Positions 63,973-64,000 of a stretch of DNA of 64,000 nt are shown one piece after another. The stretch spans positions 90,954,001 to 91,018,000 of the forward strand of contig NC_043006.1 of NCBI RefSeq assembly GCF_006345805.1, written 5' to 3'. Source of the DNA: Octopus sinensis (Eukaryota). The notes beneath the pieces were generated by a model that ran no database searches, was not told the origin of the DNA, and saw only the letters and a list, made by a program, of their open reading frames with translations. Every line of letters starts with the position of its first letter. Positions within the stretch are counted from its first letter, which is position 1. The translations under genes and the position numbers were made by a program.

Positions 63973-64000
63973 CAAGCAAAGGGGGTTGGCATGGGTGCCT

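Overview
AT-rich eukaryotic, repeat-saturated DNA with no prokaryotic features (no operons, CRISPR arrays, rRNA or tRNA genes). The repeat complement resembles a coleoid cephalopod (Octopus-like) genome; this is inference, not a database match. The window holds: (i) about 12 pieces of an RTE-clade LINE, including a near-complete minus-strand copy at 51975-56340 with APE, RT and an embedded PHD-type finger; (ii) several decayed R4/Dong-type LINE pieces; (iii) two mariner relics; (iv) two non-autonomous Helitron-like elements; (v) many tRNA-type SINEs; (vi) very long microsatellites, including a ~3 kb A/T-only array. No host gene could be named; a few weak exon candidates are listed at low confidence. 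The most intriguing area is 46.1-51.4 kb: two fold-back inversions and two hammerhead-ribozyme-like motifs of the minimal Penelope type, one with a compensated U3:A8 core, flank the giant AT array. Single-base indels in homopolymers suggest imperfectly polished long-read sequence, so frameshifts need caution. Most repeat boundaries are approximate (about +/-20 bp).
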